A stretch of 63,958 bases of DNA, counting the filler, from Babesia bigemina (taxonomy: Eukaryota): NCBI RefSeq assembly GCF_000981445.1. It is 8 parts of 8 records of this genome, joined end to end, with 100 filler letters (N's around TTAATTAATTAA, not from the genome) between each part and the next. Parts side by side here need not be neighbours in the genome. Positions count along the whole stretch, not along the records: positions 1 to 9,561 come from NW_012237247.1; positions 9,662 to 18,950 come from NW_012237248.1; 6 more parts are not named here. One strand, written 5' to 3'. The translations under genes and the position numbers were made by a program. Below, piece after piece: positions 1 to 10,904 of this stretch (the stretch's first letter is position 1; each line of letters starts with the position of its first letter). The notes under the pieces were generated by a model. The model was not told the origin of the DNA. It did not search any database and saw nothing but the letters and a program-made list of their open reading frames with translations.

Positions 1-1341
1 ACATCGCCCCTTTATCCACTCTACATCGCTCCCTTATCCACTCTACATCGCTCCTCTATCCACTCTACATCGCCCCTTATCCACCCTACATCGCCCCTTT
101 ACCCACTCCACATCGCCCCTTATCCACTCTACATCGCCCCTTTATCCACTCTACATCGCCGCTTAACCCACTCTACATCGCTCCTCTATCCACTCTACAT
201 CGGCCCTTAACCCACTCTACATCGCTCCCTTGTCCACTCCACATCGCTCCTTTATCCACTCTACATCGCCCCTTTACCCACTCCACATCGCCCCTTTACC
301 CACTCTACATCGCCCCTTAATCCACTCTACATCGCTCCCTAACCCACTCCACATCGCCCCTTTACCCACTCTACATCGCCCCTTTACCCACTCTACATCG
401 CCCCTTTACCCACTCTACATCGCCCCTTTATCCACTCTACATCGCTCCTTTATCCACTCTACATCGCTCCCTAACCCACTCTACATCGCTCCTTTACCCA
501 CCCTACATCGCTCCCTAATCCACTCTGCATCGCCCCTTTATCCACTCTACATCGCCCCTTAACCCACTCTACATCGCCCCTTTATCCACTCTACATCGCT
601 CCTTAACCCACTCCACATCGCCCCTTTATCCACCTTACATCGCCCCTTATCCACCCTACATCGCCCCTTTACCCACTCCACATCGCCCCTAATCCACTCT
701 ACATCGCTCCCTAACCCACTCCACATCGCTCCCTAATCCACTCTACATCGCTCCCTAATCCACTCCACATCGCTCCTTTATCCACTCTACGTCGCCCCTT
801 ATCCACTCTACATCGCTCCTTTATCCACTCTACATCGCTCCTTTATCCACCTTACATCGCCCCTTTATCCACTCTACATCGCTCCTTTACCCGCTCTACA
901 TCGCTCCCTAACCCACTCTACATCGCCCCTTAGTCTACTCTACATCGCCCCTTTACCCACTCCACATCGCCCCTTTATCCACTCTACATCGCTCCCTAAC
1001 CCACTCTACGTCGCCCCTTAACCCACTCTACATCGCTCCCTAACCCACTCTACATCGCTCCTTTACCCACTCCACATCGCCCCTTTACCCACTCCACATC
1101 GCCCCTTTATCCACTCTACATCGCCCCTTAACCCACTCTACATCGCTCCCTTATCCACTCTACATCGCTCCCTAACCCACTCTACATCGCTCCCTAACCC
1201 ACTCTACATCGCTCCCTAACCCACTCTACATCGCCCCTTAAACCACTCTACATCGCCCCTTAACCCACTCTACATCGCCCCTTAACCCACTCCACATCGC
1301 TCCCTTACCCACTCTACATCGCCCCTTAACCCACTCTACAT
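1..1341 (+). repeat. ~22-bp tandem satellite (CCACTCTACATCGCYCCTTWAY), C-rich on + strand, upstream of cassette
   Basis: About 60 imperfect tandem units read directly; last unit merges into the leader. Confidence 0.97.
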
Positions 1342-1431
1342 CCCTCGAATCACCTCGCCATATTACCGCTATGACCTCTTTAAACCACAATAAAAACTTG
1401 TGCCTTGTCCCCCTTCACCTCCCCTTCTGAC
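1342..1431 (+). promoter_or_regulatory. Conserved cassette leader (class A) with 19-codon uORF 1371-1430 (MTSLNHNKNLCLVPLHLPF*)
   Basis: CTCGAAT...ACCGCTATGACCTCT...AACTTGTGCCTTGTC motif precedes every cassette; regulatory role inferred. Confidence 0.6.
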
Positions 1432-4400
1432 TGAGTCCATCGACTGGTTGATCCAGGTTAGGTATGGGAATGGTGATGGTGGTGATGGTCTTGACCAGTT
1501 GTCTCAAGCTTTGAAAAAGTTGATTGAGGAGGCTATTGAGAAGGCTGAAAAGTCCCTCCAAGCCGAAAAAAATAAACTTGAATGCCCTGTTAAGTATAAG
1601 GGAAATGAGTCCACTTGCCAGTATTATGATAGGCTGATTAAGGAAGCCAAGGACGCTAAAAATTCTGTTCATCCTAAAACTCAAATTCCAATAACTGAAC
1701 TTGAAAAACAAAAACAACGCTGCCAAAATAACCACACTTATTACCGTGACGGTTCCAAGCAGAAAGCGTATGATGAAATTACTGAGCGTCAGAATCAACT
1801 TAAAGATCTGAAAGATAAGCTTACGAAATTCACTGATTCACTTGATAAAACTAATAATGAAAATCTCCTTACTAACCTCTGCACCGGCCTCGAGACTTTC
1901 CTCGGCTTCAACGCTGACTCCAAAGGCTACGACGGCAGTGGGATAGTGTACTCTGACCTTGACAGGCTGTGCGACGGGGTTATGGGATTTTTGAGTGGTG
2001 TGCTTAAGGCGGTGAAAAACGAAAATGAAGTGACAACTTATGATAATTACATCAGTGGAGAGAATAATAAGCTTGAAAGTGTACTTAACACCTTAAATAC
2101 TAATATTGGCTCCGGGCGTGCTGGGCTTGCCGTGTCTGTCGACGCGGTGAAGAGGTGGTTGGAGGGGTATGGGAAAAATCTCCGTACTTCAACTTATCTC
2201 GTAACTCATGAATTAGATGGACTGAAGGAATTCATATCAGGTAAGCATATTTATGGTATTCATGACGTGCAGAATCTTCAAGACCAATTGAAGACGTGGA
2301 CCGAAGTGGTCAAGAAGATAGATGAGCACGTTAAACAGAACATAATTTCTAATGTTGATAAATTAGATTATACATTGAAACGTAGTGTAATGAACAAAAT
2401 TGATCCGCTGCGTGCATCAATTAACCAGTTGCTTGATTCGGCTAAGGATCCTGCCGTTATCCAGCAGGTCAAGAAGGTAGATACAGAGTTGCAGGCACAA
2501 GAGTTGAAGATTAAGGACTCGTTAGGTAACGAGGTATATAAACTTCGTGACAGTTTGAAACTTATGAAAGACACCAAGAATAGGCAGATTTGGTATTTAA
2601 GAAAGTCTGTTAACGATTTCATGAAAATGATTGAAGATAACCATTTTAACAATACCTATAAGGACAATATAATCAGTCAATTCAATGACATAAAACGTAA
2701 GGTCAATGATGTTTATGATACATTGTTTGCAAAGCAAGCGCAGCTGAAGGGGTTGGTGGAGCAGGCCCAGCAACATTTTGCGATTATTACGAATACAATT
2801 GGCATGGACGCGAAAATCGGCCACGAAAAAAGCATTTATCGTAATTGGGATAAGCTCAGGGAGACCATTAGTAATCTGGTGTTGCGTCAGATATATGGGC
2901 AGAATAAACATGAAGGTCTCAGAGGGATTCTCAGTGGAGTAGGAAATTATGCCGACGGCTTCAAATGGCAGACGTTTGAAAAAATAATGCAGCAGTTGTT
3001 GCAAGAAATTGTTGAAAAGGATTCCGTATACACCAATATTGATGCGTATGTTAGGTATAACAAGAATAATTTTACGGGTGATCTGGGAGTCGGTGAAAAG
3101 ACGGAAGCAATCCTAAAAAAATTGACACCAATCATCATACAGAAAGCGAAAGATGCTATAAAAACGATCAAACCGTCTCGTACACTTGGAACCAGGGGGA
3201 GTGTAGATGGAGAAATATCGGAAATCATAAAGTATCTTGGTAAACTAACTAGTGATGTTGAAAATATGGAAAGCAATATAACACAGGCAATTGAAGAGGA
3301 ATTGGCATCGGGTTCGGAATTAAGTTACGTAAATGCCCATCAATCCGACCACAAACATTATCTCAGTAGCGCTATTAAGGAAACATTGTCTATTATCTCT
3401 ATGAGTGTTAAATACGTGTGCGCACAATTGGAAAATTTCAAGAATGCTTCCCGTATTTCCAACTTAGATCAGGCCATCAAAGATGTGACTGCTATACCGG
3501 GAAAGCTCTCTGACGATCCGTCACTTGGTCAAAATATCACCAACGGATTGAAGACTGTAACGAATCATATCGAAGAACTTAACAAATTTTTAGTCAAATC
3601 AACAGGTGACAATTCCATGCACGAGGCGATCGATGAACTGAAATCAAAGATGGTCGACGAACTTGATAAGCTCAAAAAAGATAAGGAAGGCCATCAAGGG
3701 CAAAACGGTATCATAAACGAAAATAAAGATAAAGCTGACGAGCAAATGGAGAAATTGAAAACCGAGCTTAAAAAGAAGCTTAACAGCTTTGATATCAACG
3801 TCACACATGCCGATACATTAATCGAAGACTCTATTGATAGCATCGTAAGGGTTTTAGATGACGCTCATGGTGTTATCGAACGAACCGTCACTGACGCTTT
3901 TGAGAAAGTTAGACAATCCGTCCGCGCCCTCTTCGCCGAGTCCCACCGCGCCGACCTCTCTGCCCTCCGCTCCCTCGTCGACCAGCAGCTGAAGGCGGTG
4001 CAAGGCATAATCGCGAAGGACAGGGTGACGGGCGTGAAGGGGATGCTTAAGACGCTGAGTGGTGTCTCCGTCAATATGAAATCCTCACAGTATGCAGATC
4101 AGAATAATATGCTCATGAAGCTGCAAACGGCTGCATCTAAGAAAAACAGTTTGACAAAAGCTTATTTTGATGAATTGGTTCAACTCGTCAGAGCGTACTA
4201 CCGTTCTTACTTAATTTATGTGCACGATGATGCTGTTAGATTATCCGCCTCCCACCCTTCTCCCTCCACCGACTACCCCTCTCAACTCAAGGCCATTTTC
4301 GACAAACTCGTCGAACTTCTTAATCACCTCGAAAAAGACAAGTTATATAACTACGACCATAATTTCGTTGATTTACTCGCCTCCCTCAACTCTCTTGTTG

Positions 4401-6802
4401 ACTCCCTCTCTCCCTCCTTCACCTCCCCCTGCCCCCTCCTCGCCCCCCTCAAGGCCGGCCTCGCCAAATTCACCGAGCAACTCGGCCACGCGTACGTGAG
4501 TAGGTACTCGGGGCAAAAATACACTGCGTTAACTGAACGAAAACAGGTTCCCGATCCTAAAAAACCTGACAGCAAAGAAAAAATTGACGTTACCGATTTA
4601 ACCCCTGAGGGCCGGAACTGCGCCAAGGTCTGCCTGACGATAGTGGAGATGTTGACCAAAAATTTTGTGGAGTTGAAAGATGAATGTCAAGTCTACAAAA
4701 GTAAGCAAATTAACACGTATGATGATAATTTATTTGGCGAATGTTTTACGAAACGTGGTTTCACGGTGACATCCGACAAGGGTAGGCAGCACGGCGAGTT
4801 ACAAGACAAGAGTGACATGACCGGCGATGCAGTTTATAAGAAGATAACGGCAAAAGTTACAGGCGTCCAGATGTTAACTTTCCTAAAAACATGGAAAGAA
4901 GAACAACGCAGAAAACATCCTCACAGGCATCCAAATGGTAACATTCACCTCTTCGACGTTCTTGACTTCCTGCAAGGTTACGTCGTCACATATTACACAG
5001 TCCGTCACCTGGAACATATTCCATCAGCTAAAGCACCGCGTAATATTTATCAAATGCTGCAATGGCTGAGCGGCGTTCGATATTATCCAAGTCTTATTCC
5101 CCTGTTCCTTTGCTTCAAGGATCTGTTTCCTAGACGTAAAGAAGACGAAGGAAAGGATATCAAGGCTATATCACCCGCTAGCGTAAAGCTCTCAGCAACA
5201 ACTGAAATCACGTATGCGCACTTAGGAAGAAAAGTGTTTGTGAATGTCTGTTTACACGCCCATGATGTCTTGGTTGCCATCCTGGGTCACGGTCACGCAG
5301 GTGGGCGATACGCTGTCGATTTCAAAACCAACGAAGCAAAGTTGTTGTATCCTAGTAAGGCGAGTGACTGTTTTGATATGCTCGTAGACATTGCGTATCG
5401 CGTGCAACACCAGCTGTATTTCCTCTTCCAACAGTTTTACTTCGAATCATCGTACAGCTCATGGCGCGACTGCCTCTATGGCAGGGGAGTGGCCGGGTCA
5501 TCGTGGAAGTGCAATACCAAGCAGTGCCCTAACCACGACTGCAACCAAACGGCTAGGCAAACGGCCAACCAAATGGGTAACCAAACGTGTGACCAACACT
5601 GTGACCAATATCCCATGTGCGACCTAAAATCACCTTTGCAGTCATTCTTGGAGGATGGCTTACAAGGCTTCTTACCACATCAATTTACCAAGCCGGGCTG
5701 CAAACTGGAATGCACGGCAGCCAATCACAAAGCTATTCCCTGTAAGACTCCCATGGGCTTCGGTGATATAAGTAATATGGCATCGCATACGCAGAAGGGT
5801 ACGCATCTCAGAGATGTTTTAATAGATTTCTGCGGGAATTCTACTGCTCCCCTTACACTGATGTGCGCTTATTTCAACTGCCTGTTACAGCGTCCTCCTC
5901 AGAATCTGGGTGATATGTTCGCGTTCTATTACAACCTAATGAAAGAGTGGAGTAAGAATGAGACGCATAAAAGAAAGGCATTTGACGAAGCTGTCAGGAA
6001 GGCCAATTTCGAAAATCGAGGTACAACGCTCGAACTGGATGATGTCTTCAGTGCGCACAGTAACATTAGCAGCAACCACGCTGGGAGGCATCTGTCTAGC
6101 CTGGTGAACTGCGACGGTGATAGTGGATCAAATTGCGGCCGGTATTTGAAGCCCATCAGCACCGACGTATATACTATTTATTCATCGGAATATGCTGATA
6201 AGTATGTCTCATGGATCGTCTACCTCACTGAAACATTCTATGACTTGCTTAAGAAATTATACGACGAATGTAACGGCAACTGCGGTCCGAAGGGATCCAA
6301 CTGCCACAACAAATGCTGTGTCAAAGGGTGTCCATCCCTCGTAAAAGAGTCGAAAAATGTGACCCATGATGAAGGATGCACGTCCATTGTCCAGTGCAAG
6401 CATACACTTCCAACCTTGTGCAGATATGGATTCACGTTCTGGTACCAGACGAGGATCAACGGCGAACAAGGCATAGAAAAAAAACGTACCTGCAAGGATT
6501 TGTGCAACGTGCTAGAGAGAGTGCTGAGTGACAAAGAAGCTGACCAAGCTCCACTCGCTAAACTAATCTACGTCACAATTCCTAACTTCCTCTTCGAAAT
6601 CCGCGCCCCCTTCATCTGGCTCAATGTCGCCCTCTGGCTCCTCTCTTTGTTGTACCTCCTCCACATCATGGTCATCCGCCTAGACCTGCTCCACATCAAA
6701 TCGCATCTACATAGTCCCTCGAGTCATCGCATAGCTGCTCAATCACTACTCTCCGCTGCACGTGTTAACAAGCTTAACAGAGTGTTTTACCTGCAACCAT
6801 AA
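1400..6802 (+). CDS. ves1: VESA/ves1-like variant surface antigen, 5'-defective cassette (GTG at ORF start; first in-frame ATG at 1982)
   Basis: 1800 open codons; ESIDWLIQV, GIVYSDLDRLCDGVMGF, Cys-rich C-domain, TM helix FIWLNVALWLLSLLYLLHIMVI, tail ending RVFYLQP. Confidence 0.85.
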   Translation: MPCPPSPPLLTESIDWLIQVRYGNGDGGDGLDQLSQALKKLIEEAIEKAEKSLQAEKNKLECPVKYKGNESTCQYYDRLIKEAKDAKNSVHPKTQIPITELEKQKQRCQNNHTYYRDGSKQKAYDEITERQNQLKDLKDKLTKFTDSLDKTNNENLLTNLCTGLETFLGFNADSKGYDGSGIVYSDLDRLCDGVMGFLSGVLKAVKNENEVTTYDNYISGENNKLESVLNTLNTNIGSGRAGLAVSVDAVKRWLEGYGKNLRTSTYLVTHELDGLKEFISGKHIYGIHDVQNLQDQLKTWTEVVKKIDEHVKQNIISNVDKLDYTLKRSVMNKIDPLRASINQLLDSAKDPAVIQQVKKVDTELQAQELKIKDSLGNEVYKLRDSLKLMKDTKNRQIWYLRKSVNDFMKMIEDNHFNNTYKDNIISQFNDIKRKVNDVYDTLFAKQAQLKGLVEQAQQHFAIITNTIGMDAKIGHEKSIYRNWDKLRETISNLVLRQIYGQNKHEGLRGILSGVGNYADGFKWQTFEKIMQQLLQEIVEKDSVYTNIDAYVRYNKNNFTGDLGVGEKTEAILKKLTPIIIQKAKDAIKTIKPSRTLGTRGSVDGEISEIIKYLGKLTSDVENMESNITQAIEEELASGSELSYVNAHQSDHKHYLSSAIKETLSIISMSVKYVCAQLENFKNASRISNLDQAIKDVTAIPGKLSDDPSLGQNITNGLKTVTNHIEELNKFLVKSTGDNSMHEAIDELKSKMVDELDKLKKDKEGHQGQNGIINENKDKADEQMEKLKTELKKKLNSFDINVTHADTLIEDSIDSIVRVLDDAHGVIERTVTDAFEKVRQSVRALFAESHRADLSALRSLVDQQLKAVQGIIAKDRVTGVKGMLKTLSGVSVNMKSSQYADQNNMLMKLQTAASKKNSLTKAYFDELVQLVRAYYRSYLIYVHDDAVRLSASHPSPSTDYPSQLKAIFDKLVELLNHLEKDKLYNYDHNFVDLLASLNSLVDSLSPSFTSPCPLLAPLKAGLAKFTEQLGHAYVSRYSGQKYTALTERKQVPDPKKPDSKEKIDVTDLTPEGRNCAKVCLTIVEMLTKNFVELKDECQVYKSKQINTYDDNLFGECFTKRGFTVTSDKGRQHGELQDKSDMTGDAVYKKITAKVTGVQMLTFLKTWKEEQRRKHPHRHPNGNIHLFDVLDFLQGYVVTYYTVRHLEHIPSAKAPRNIYQMLQWLSGVRYYPSLIPLFLCFKDLFPRRKEDEGKDIKAISPASVKLSATTEITYAHLGRKVFVNVCLHAHDVLVAILGHGHAGGRYAVDFKTNEAKLLYPSKASDCFDMLVDIAYRVQHQLYFLFQQFYFESSYSSWRDCLYGRGVAGSSWKCNTKQCPNHDCNQTARQTANQMGNQTCDQHCDQYPMCDLKSPLQSFLEDGLQGFLPHQFTKPGCKLECTAANHKAIPCKTPMGFGDISNMASHTQKGTHLRDVLIDFCGNSTAPLTLMCAYFNCLLQRPPQNLGDMFAFYYNLMKEWSKNETHKRKAFDEAVRKANFENRGTTLELDDVFSAHSNISSNHAGRHLSSLVNCDGDSGSNCGRYLKPISTDVYTIYSSEYADKYVSWIVYLTETFYDLLKKLYDECNGNCGPKGSNCHNKCCVKGCPSLVKESKNVTHDEGCTSIVQCKHTLPTLCRYGFTFWYQTRINGEQGIEKKRTCKDLCNVLERVLSDKEADQAPLAKLIYVTIPNFLFEIRAPFIWLNVALWLLSLLYLLHIMVIRLDLLHIKSHLHSPSSHRIAAQSLLSAARVNKLNRVFYLQP

Positions 6803-6925
6803 TCGTACTCACGTGTTTACTACCTACACTCACCTAGCATCACCTACTCACCTAACTTATGAATTGTGCTTTAATCTGTTGCATCACTCATTAATCATTG
6901 TATGTGATTGTGTAACAGTTAACTA
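6803..6925 (+). promoter_or_regulatory. Conserved ~125-bp 3' element after cassette stop (putative 3' UTR)
   Basis: TCGTACTCACGTG...CACCTACTCACCTAAC...AGTTAACTAA follows all 7 cassette stops. Confidence 0.7.
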
Positions 6926-7146
6926 AAGTGGTGACCAAGATGCTGCCCAAAGTGTTGACCAATGTTATGACCAAAGTGCTGACCAAGGTGCTGCCCAAAG
7001 TGTTGACCAAGGTGCTGACCAATGTGCTGACCAAGGTGCTGCCCAAAGTGTTGACCAATCTGCTGACCAATGTGCTGACCAATGCCATGACCAAGCACCT
7101 GACCAATGTGCTGACCAATGCCATGACCAAGCACCTGACCAAGGTG
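6925..7146 (+). repeat. 12-bp tandem satellite (GTGCTGACCAAN)
   Basis: Direct reading. Confidence 0.95.
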
Positions 7147-7228
7147 ATGGTCACGGCAGCGATGACATGGTTACGGCAGCGATGGCATGGTCACGGCAGC
7201 GATGGCATGGTTACGGCAGCGATGACAG
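7147..7228 (+). repeat. 20-bp tandem satellite (GGTYACGGCAGCGATGACAT), ~4 units
   Basis: Direct reading. Confidence 0.93.
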
Positions 7229-7249
7229 TGGTGACTTAAGTTGCATTTA

Positions 7250-7400
7250 TTATCCACTCTACATCGCTCCTTTATCCACTCTACATCGCCCCTTAATCCA
7301 CTCTACATCGCTCCCTAACCCACTCTACATCGCCCCTTTACCCACTCTACATCGCTCCTTTATCCACTCTACATCGCTCCCTAATCCACTCCACATCGCT
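7250..7400 (+). repeat. ~22-bp satellite, short (~7 units)
   Basis: Direct reading. Confidence 0.95.
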
Positions 7401-7590
7401 CGAATTCCCTCGCCTTAATACCGCTATGACCTCTATAAACCATAGCAATAACTTGTGCCTTGTCACCCTTCACTTCCCTTCTTCCACCTCTTGCCACTGC
7501 CAAGTCCCATCATGTTCAGCCTAACTCCAAATCTCTCGAATTACTTCGTCTTATTAACGCTATGACCTTCTTGAACCATCATAATAACTT
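7397..7590 (+). promoter_or_regulatory. Cassette leader (class B, core motif duplicated; ATGs at 7426 and 7562)
   Basis: Two copies of CTCGAATT...GCTATGACC...ATAACTTG, 136 nt apart. Confidence 0.6.
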
Positions 7591-7635
7591 GTTGATACTG
7601 ACCATTCTCTTACTGACGCTGCTACTAAGAAAGCC

Positions 7636-9561
7636 TTGCAGGACATTGACTCCAAGTTGAAACAGGTTGAAAATCTTAAAAAGAGTCTTGAAGGATTGAC
7701 TGAAAATGACAATTGTAAAAACCTTCTAAACAATCTTTGTGACGGCCTCGAAAAATTCCTAGGCTTCCACCCTTCTTCCAAAGGCTACGATGGCCAGGGC
7801 ATCGTCTACTCTGACCTTGACAGGCTGTGTGACGGGGTGATGGGATTTTTGTTTGAAATAATTAGTGAAGTAAATAACAACGAAAATCTTAAGAAATACA
7901 ATACTGAATTACCTAAAACACTTAATAAAATTAAACAAGCGCTATATAATGGTAGAGAGAAATTCAACACCCATATGCCCCTTGTCAGTCAAGGTGTTGC
8001 GAGGTGGTTGAAAGAGGTGAATGAAAAACATCAAAGTGTGATTACACCTCTAGAACATTTACTACGCTTAGTCAATAATCACATGTCAATTGATATGAGT
8101 GCAATCATTGTTACAGAACAGTTGCATAATTGGCAAGGCTTTTCCAGTCTCTACGTTGAAAAAATTATAGAAGCTGAAAAAGCTCTACATAATGTTGACG
8201 AAAATTTAGAAATTAAATTGGCACCTAAACTAGACTTGATAAAACAGGTGGCACAAAATTTTTGGTCATCCGTTATTGACCGATCCGTGACAAATTCTGT
8301 AGAGACGCTGTACAATAAGTTAACCAGCATTCCGCAAACCCTCACTAAACGTATATCTGCTAAAACACAAACCGTGCAAAGCACTCTCAATGTAAAGTTT
8401 GATAAGATCGCAGCAAATATTGAGAATTTTAAAAAAATAAAAAACAGTCAAATTCAGTCAATCAACAGTGCTGTGTCGGCAGCCAATCAACACATTGTCG
8501 AACTGATTGGTGATTCCCAAAACGGTTTCGATACGAATTATAAGAATCAGATATCCAAAAGATTCACTGCTCTGCGGAATGAAATTGAACGTTTCGTAAA
8601 GAAAGATTCCGGTAACACGACTGAGCTTCTGAAGCAATTCGAAATGGTCACCAATGGCATCCGAGAGCTGCAAGTAAACGTTCAAGGGGATTTACAAAAG
8701 CTGAAAAATGACATTACTGCACTTGCCGACACAGTATACAGTGATGATCGTAACCCGCTTGTTAACGATGCGTTGACCCAGCTTAAAAACGACATGGAAA
8801 CACTTAGGAATACGACAGCAGCAATCACAGCCAAGTCTGACAGTTTGCAGCGTCAATATACAGAGTCGTGCAAGGAGACAATTGATATATTTGCGAATCA
8901 GTACGGCAAATTGAGAGAGTCCATTTACGGTCCGGGATCTAAGTCAGTCACCGACATCAAGAAGGGCTCCATCGCTCATCTTGTCACTGAACTTATTGAT
9001 GCTATTGGTGCCGTGGATGTCGGGATACTAGATAGCGCCGTCACCAAATTCCACGGTGATGTTACACAGAGGATAAAAGATGCGGCAGATAAGGCTGTTG
9101 AAAAGGCAGCTGATCAATTTAAAATGAAAGGTGACGGTGAAGCTCAGATAGACGTGACATCCATAATGGTTCTATTTGATGGCGCCAAAACGGCGCTTGA
9201 TCAAGCCGCTTCTTCGGTAAATGTACAACTTGAGGCTCTGAAAGAAGTGCCCGGCGTCGTCGAAGAATCTCGACAGGGTGCTGATACACTGATGGATAAG
9301 CTAAAAGGTGAGCTTGATGTGCTTCAATATCAAATTAAGGCAATAGAGGAGCCTGTGAACGCTGCCAATGCAGTCTTAGATGCTGCAATATCACAGCTAC
9401 CAACATCTTTACAAGATGCTCAAAGTACCGCCAACGTTACTATGTCCTTGCTCAGAAGTGATCTTCAAGCGACAACAAATAAAGCCTTCAACGACTTGGA
9501 AGAGCACGTCCAGAAAATGTTTGCCGAGCAAAAAAAAGCAGAGTTGCGTGCTGTCTACACA
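7636..9561 (+). CDS. ves1: ves1-like cassette, 5'-defective, 3' end lost in gap (frame open from 7588)
   Basis: NLCDGLEKFLGF and GIVYSDLDRLCDGVMGF motifs; N-terminal domain similar to 44061-49886. Confidence 0.8.
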
Positions 9562-9661
9562 NNNNNNNNNNNNNNNNNNNNNNNNNNNNNNNNNNNNNNN
9601 NNNNNTTAATTAATTAANNNNNNNNNNNNNNNNNNNNNNNNNNNNNNNNNNNNNNNNNNNN
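9562..9661. other. Assembly linker (100 nt, N44-TTAATTAATTAA-N44)
   Basis: Identical construct 7 times; stops in all six frames. Confidence 0.98.
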
Positions 9662-10531
9662 GCGGTGTAGAGTGGATAAAGGGGCGATGTAGAGTGGGTT
9701 AAGGGGCGGTGTAGAGTGGGTTAGGGAGCGATGTAGAGTGGATGAAGGAGCGATGTAGAGTGGACAAAGCAGCGATGAAAAGTGGGTAAAGGGGCGATGT
9801 AGAGTGGGTTAGGGAGCGATGTAGAGTGGATAAAGGGGCGATGTAGAGTGGGTTAAGGGGCGGTGTAGAGTGGGTTAGGGAGCGATGTAGAGTGGATGAA
9901 GGAGCGATGTAGAGTGGACAAAGCAGCGATGAAAAGTGGGTAAAGGGGCGATGTAGAGTGGGTTAGGGAGCGATGTAGAGTGGATAAGGGAGCGATGTAA
10001 GGTGGATAAAGGGGCGATGTAGAGTGGGTAAAAGGGCGATGTAGAGTGGATTAAGGGGCGATGTAGAGTGGGTTTAGGGGCGATGAAGGGTGGGTAAGGG
10101 GCGATGTAGAGTGGATAAGGGAGCGATGTAGAGTGGATAAGGGGCGATGTAGAGTGGATAAGGGGCGATGTGGAGTGGGTTAGGGAGCGATGTGGAGTGG
10201 ATGAAGGAGCGATGTAGAGTGGGTTAAGGGGCGATGTGGAGTGGGTAAAGGGGCGATGTGGAGTGGGTTAGGGAGCGATGTGGAGTGGGTTAGGGAGCGA
10301 TGTGGAGTGGATAAAGGGGCGATGTGGAGTGGATAAAGGGGCGATGTAGAGTATGTTAGGGAGCGATGTAGAGTGCATAAGGGGCGATGTAGAGTGGATT
10401 AGGGAGCGATGTAGAGTGGGTAAAGGGGCGATGTAGAGTGGATTAAGGGGCGATGAGGAGTGGATAAGGGAGCGATGTGGAGTGGGTTAAGGGGCGATGT
10501 AGAGTGGGTTAAGGGGCGATGTAGAGTGGAT
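9662..10531 (-). repeat. ~22-bp satellite (G-rich on +)
   Basis: Reverse complement of the 1-1341 unit. Confidence 0.97.
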
Positions 10532-10550
10532 AATAATCACCACTTTAATC

Positions 10551-10900
10551 ACCATGTCATCGCTGCCGTGACCATGTCATCGCTGCCGTGACCAAGACAT
10601 CGCTGCCGTGACCAAGACATCGCTGCTGTGTCCATGTCATCGCTGCCGTGACCATATCATCGCTGCCGTAACCATGTCATCGCTGTCGTAACCATCAACT
10701 GTCATCGCTGCCGTGTCCATGTCATCGCTGTAGTAACCATGTCATCGCTGCCGTGTCCATGTCATCGCTGCCGTGTCCATGTCATCGCTGCCGTGACCAT
10801 GTCACCGCTGCCGTGACCATGTCACCGCTGCCGTAACCATGTCATCGCTGCCGTGTCCATGTCATCGCTGCCGTGTCCATGTCATCGCTGCCGTGACCAT
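10551..10900 (-). repeat. 20-bp satellite
   Basis: CCATGTCATCGCTGCCGTGA tandem units. Confidence 0.95.
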
Positions 10901-10904
10901 CAAT

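Noticed and set aside
230..562. Pro/His-rich ORFs in 22-mer and 20-mer arrays (e.g. 230-562, 25868-26056, 43055-43500)
   Set aside because: By-products of satellite periodicity; frames are broken by 21/22-nt unit variation
1..1341. True telomere
   Set aside because: TTAGGG-like hexamers are embedded in a 22-bp unit that recurs internally between genes
1343..1393. Leader read as PRITSPYYRYDLFKPQ*, a possible relic C-terminus of another gene
   Set aside because: Interrupted by stops in several copies (e.g. CCATAA variants); cannot be supported without a search
1400..6802. Ebh-, myosin- or SMC-like identity for the long helical N-terminal halves
   Set aside because: Generic coiled-coil composition; the conserved motifs, Cys-rich domain, TM helix and YLQP tail indicate the Babesia ves family
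9606..9617. TTAATTAATTAA palindrome inside N runs (7 copies)
   Set aside because: Artificial contig-joining linker with six-frame stops; not biological
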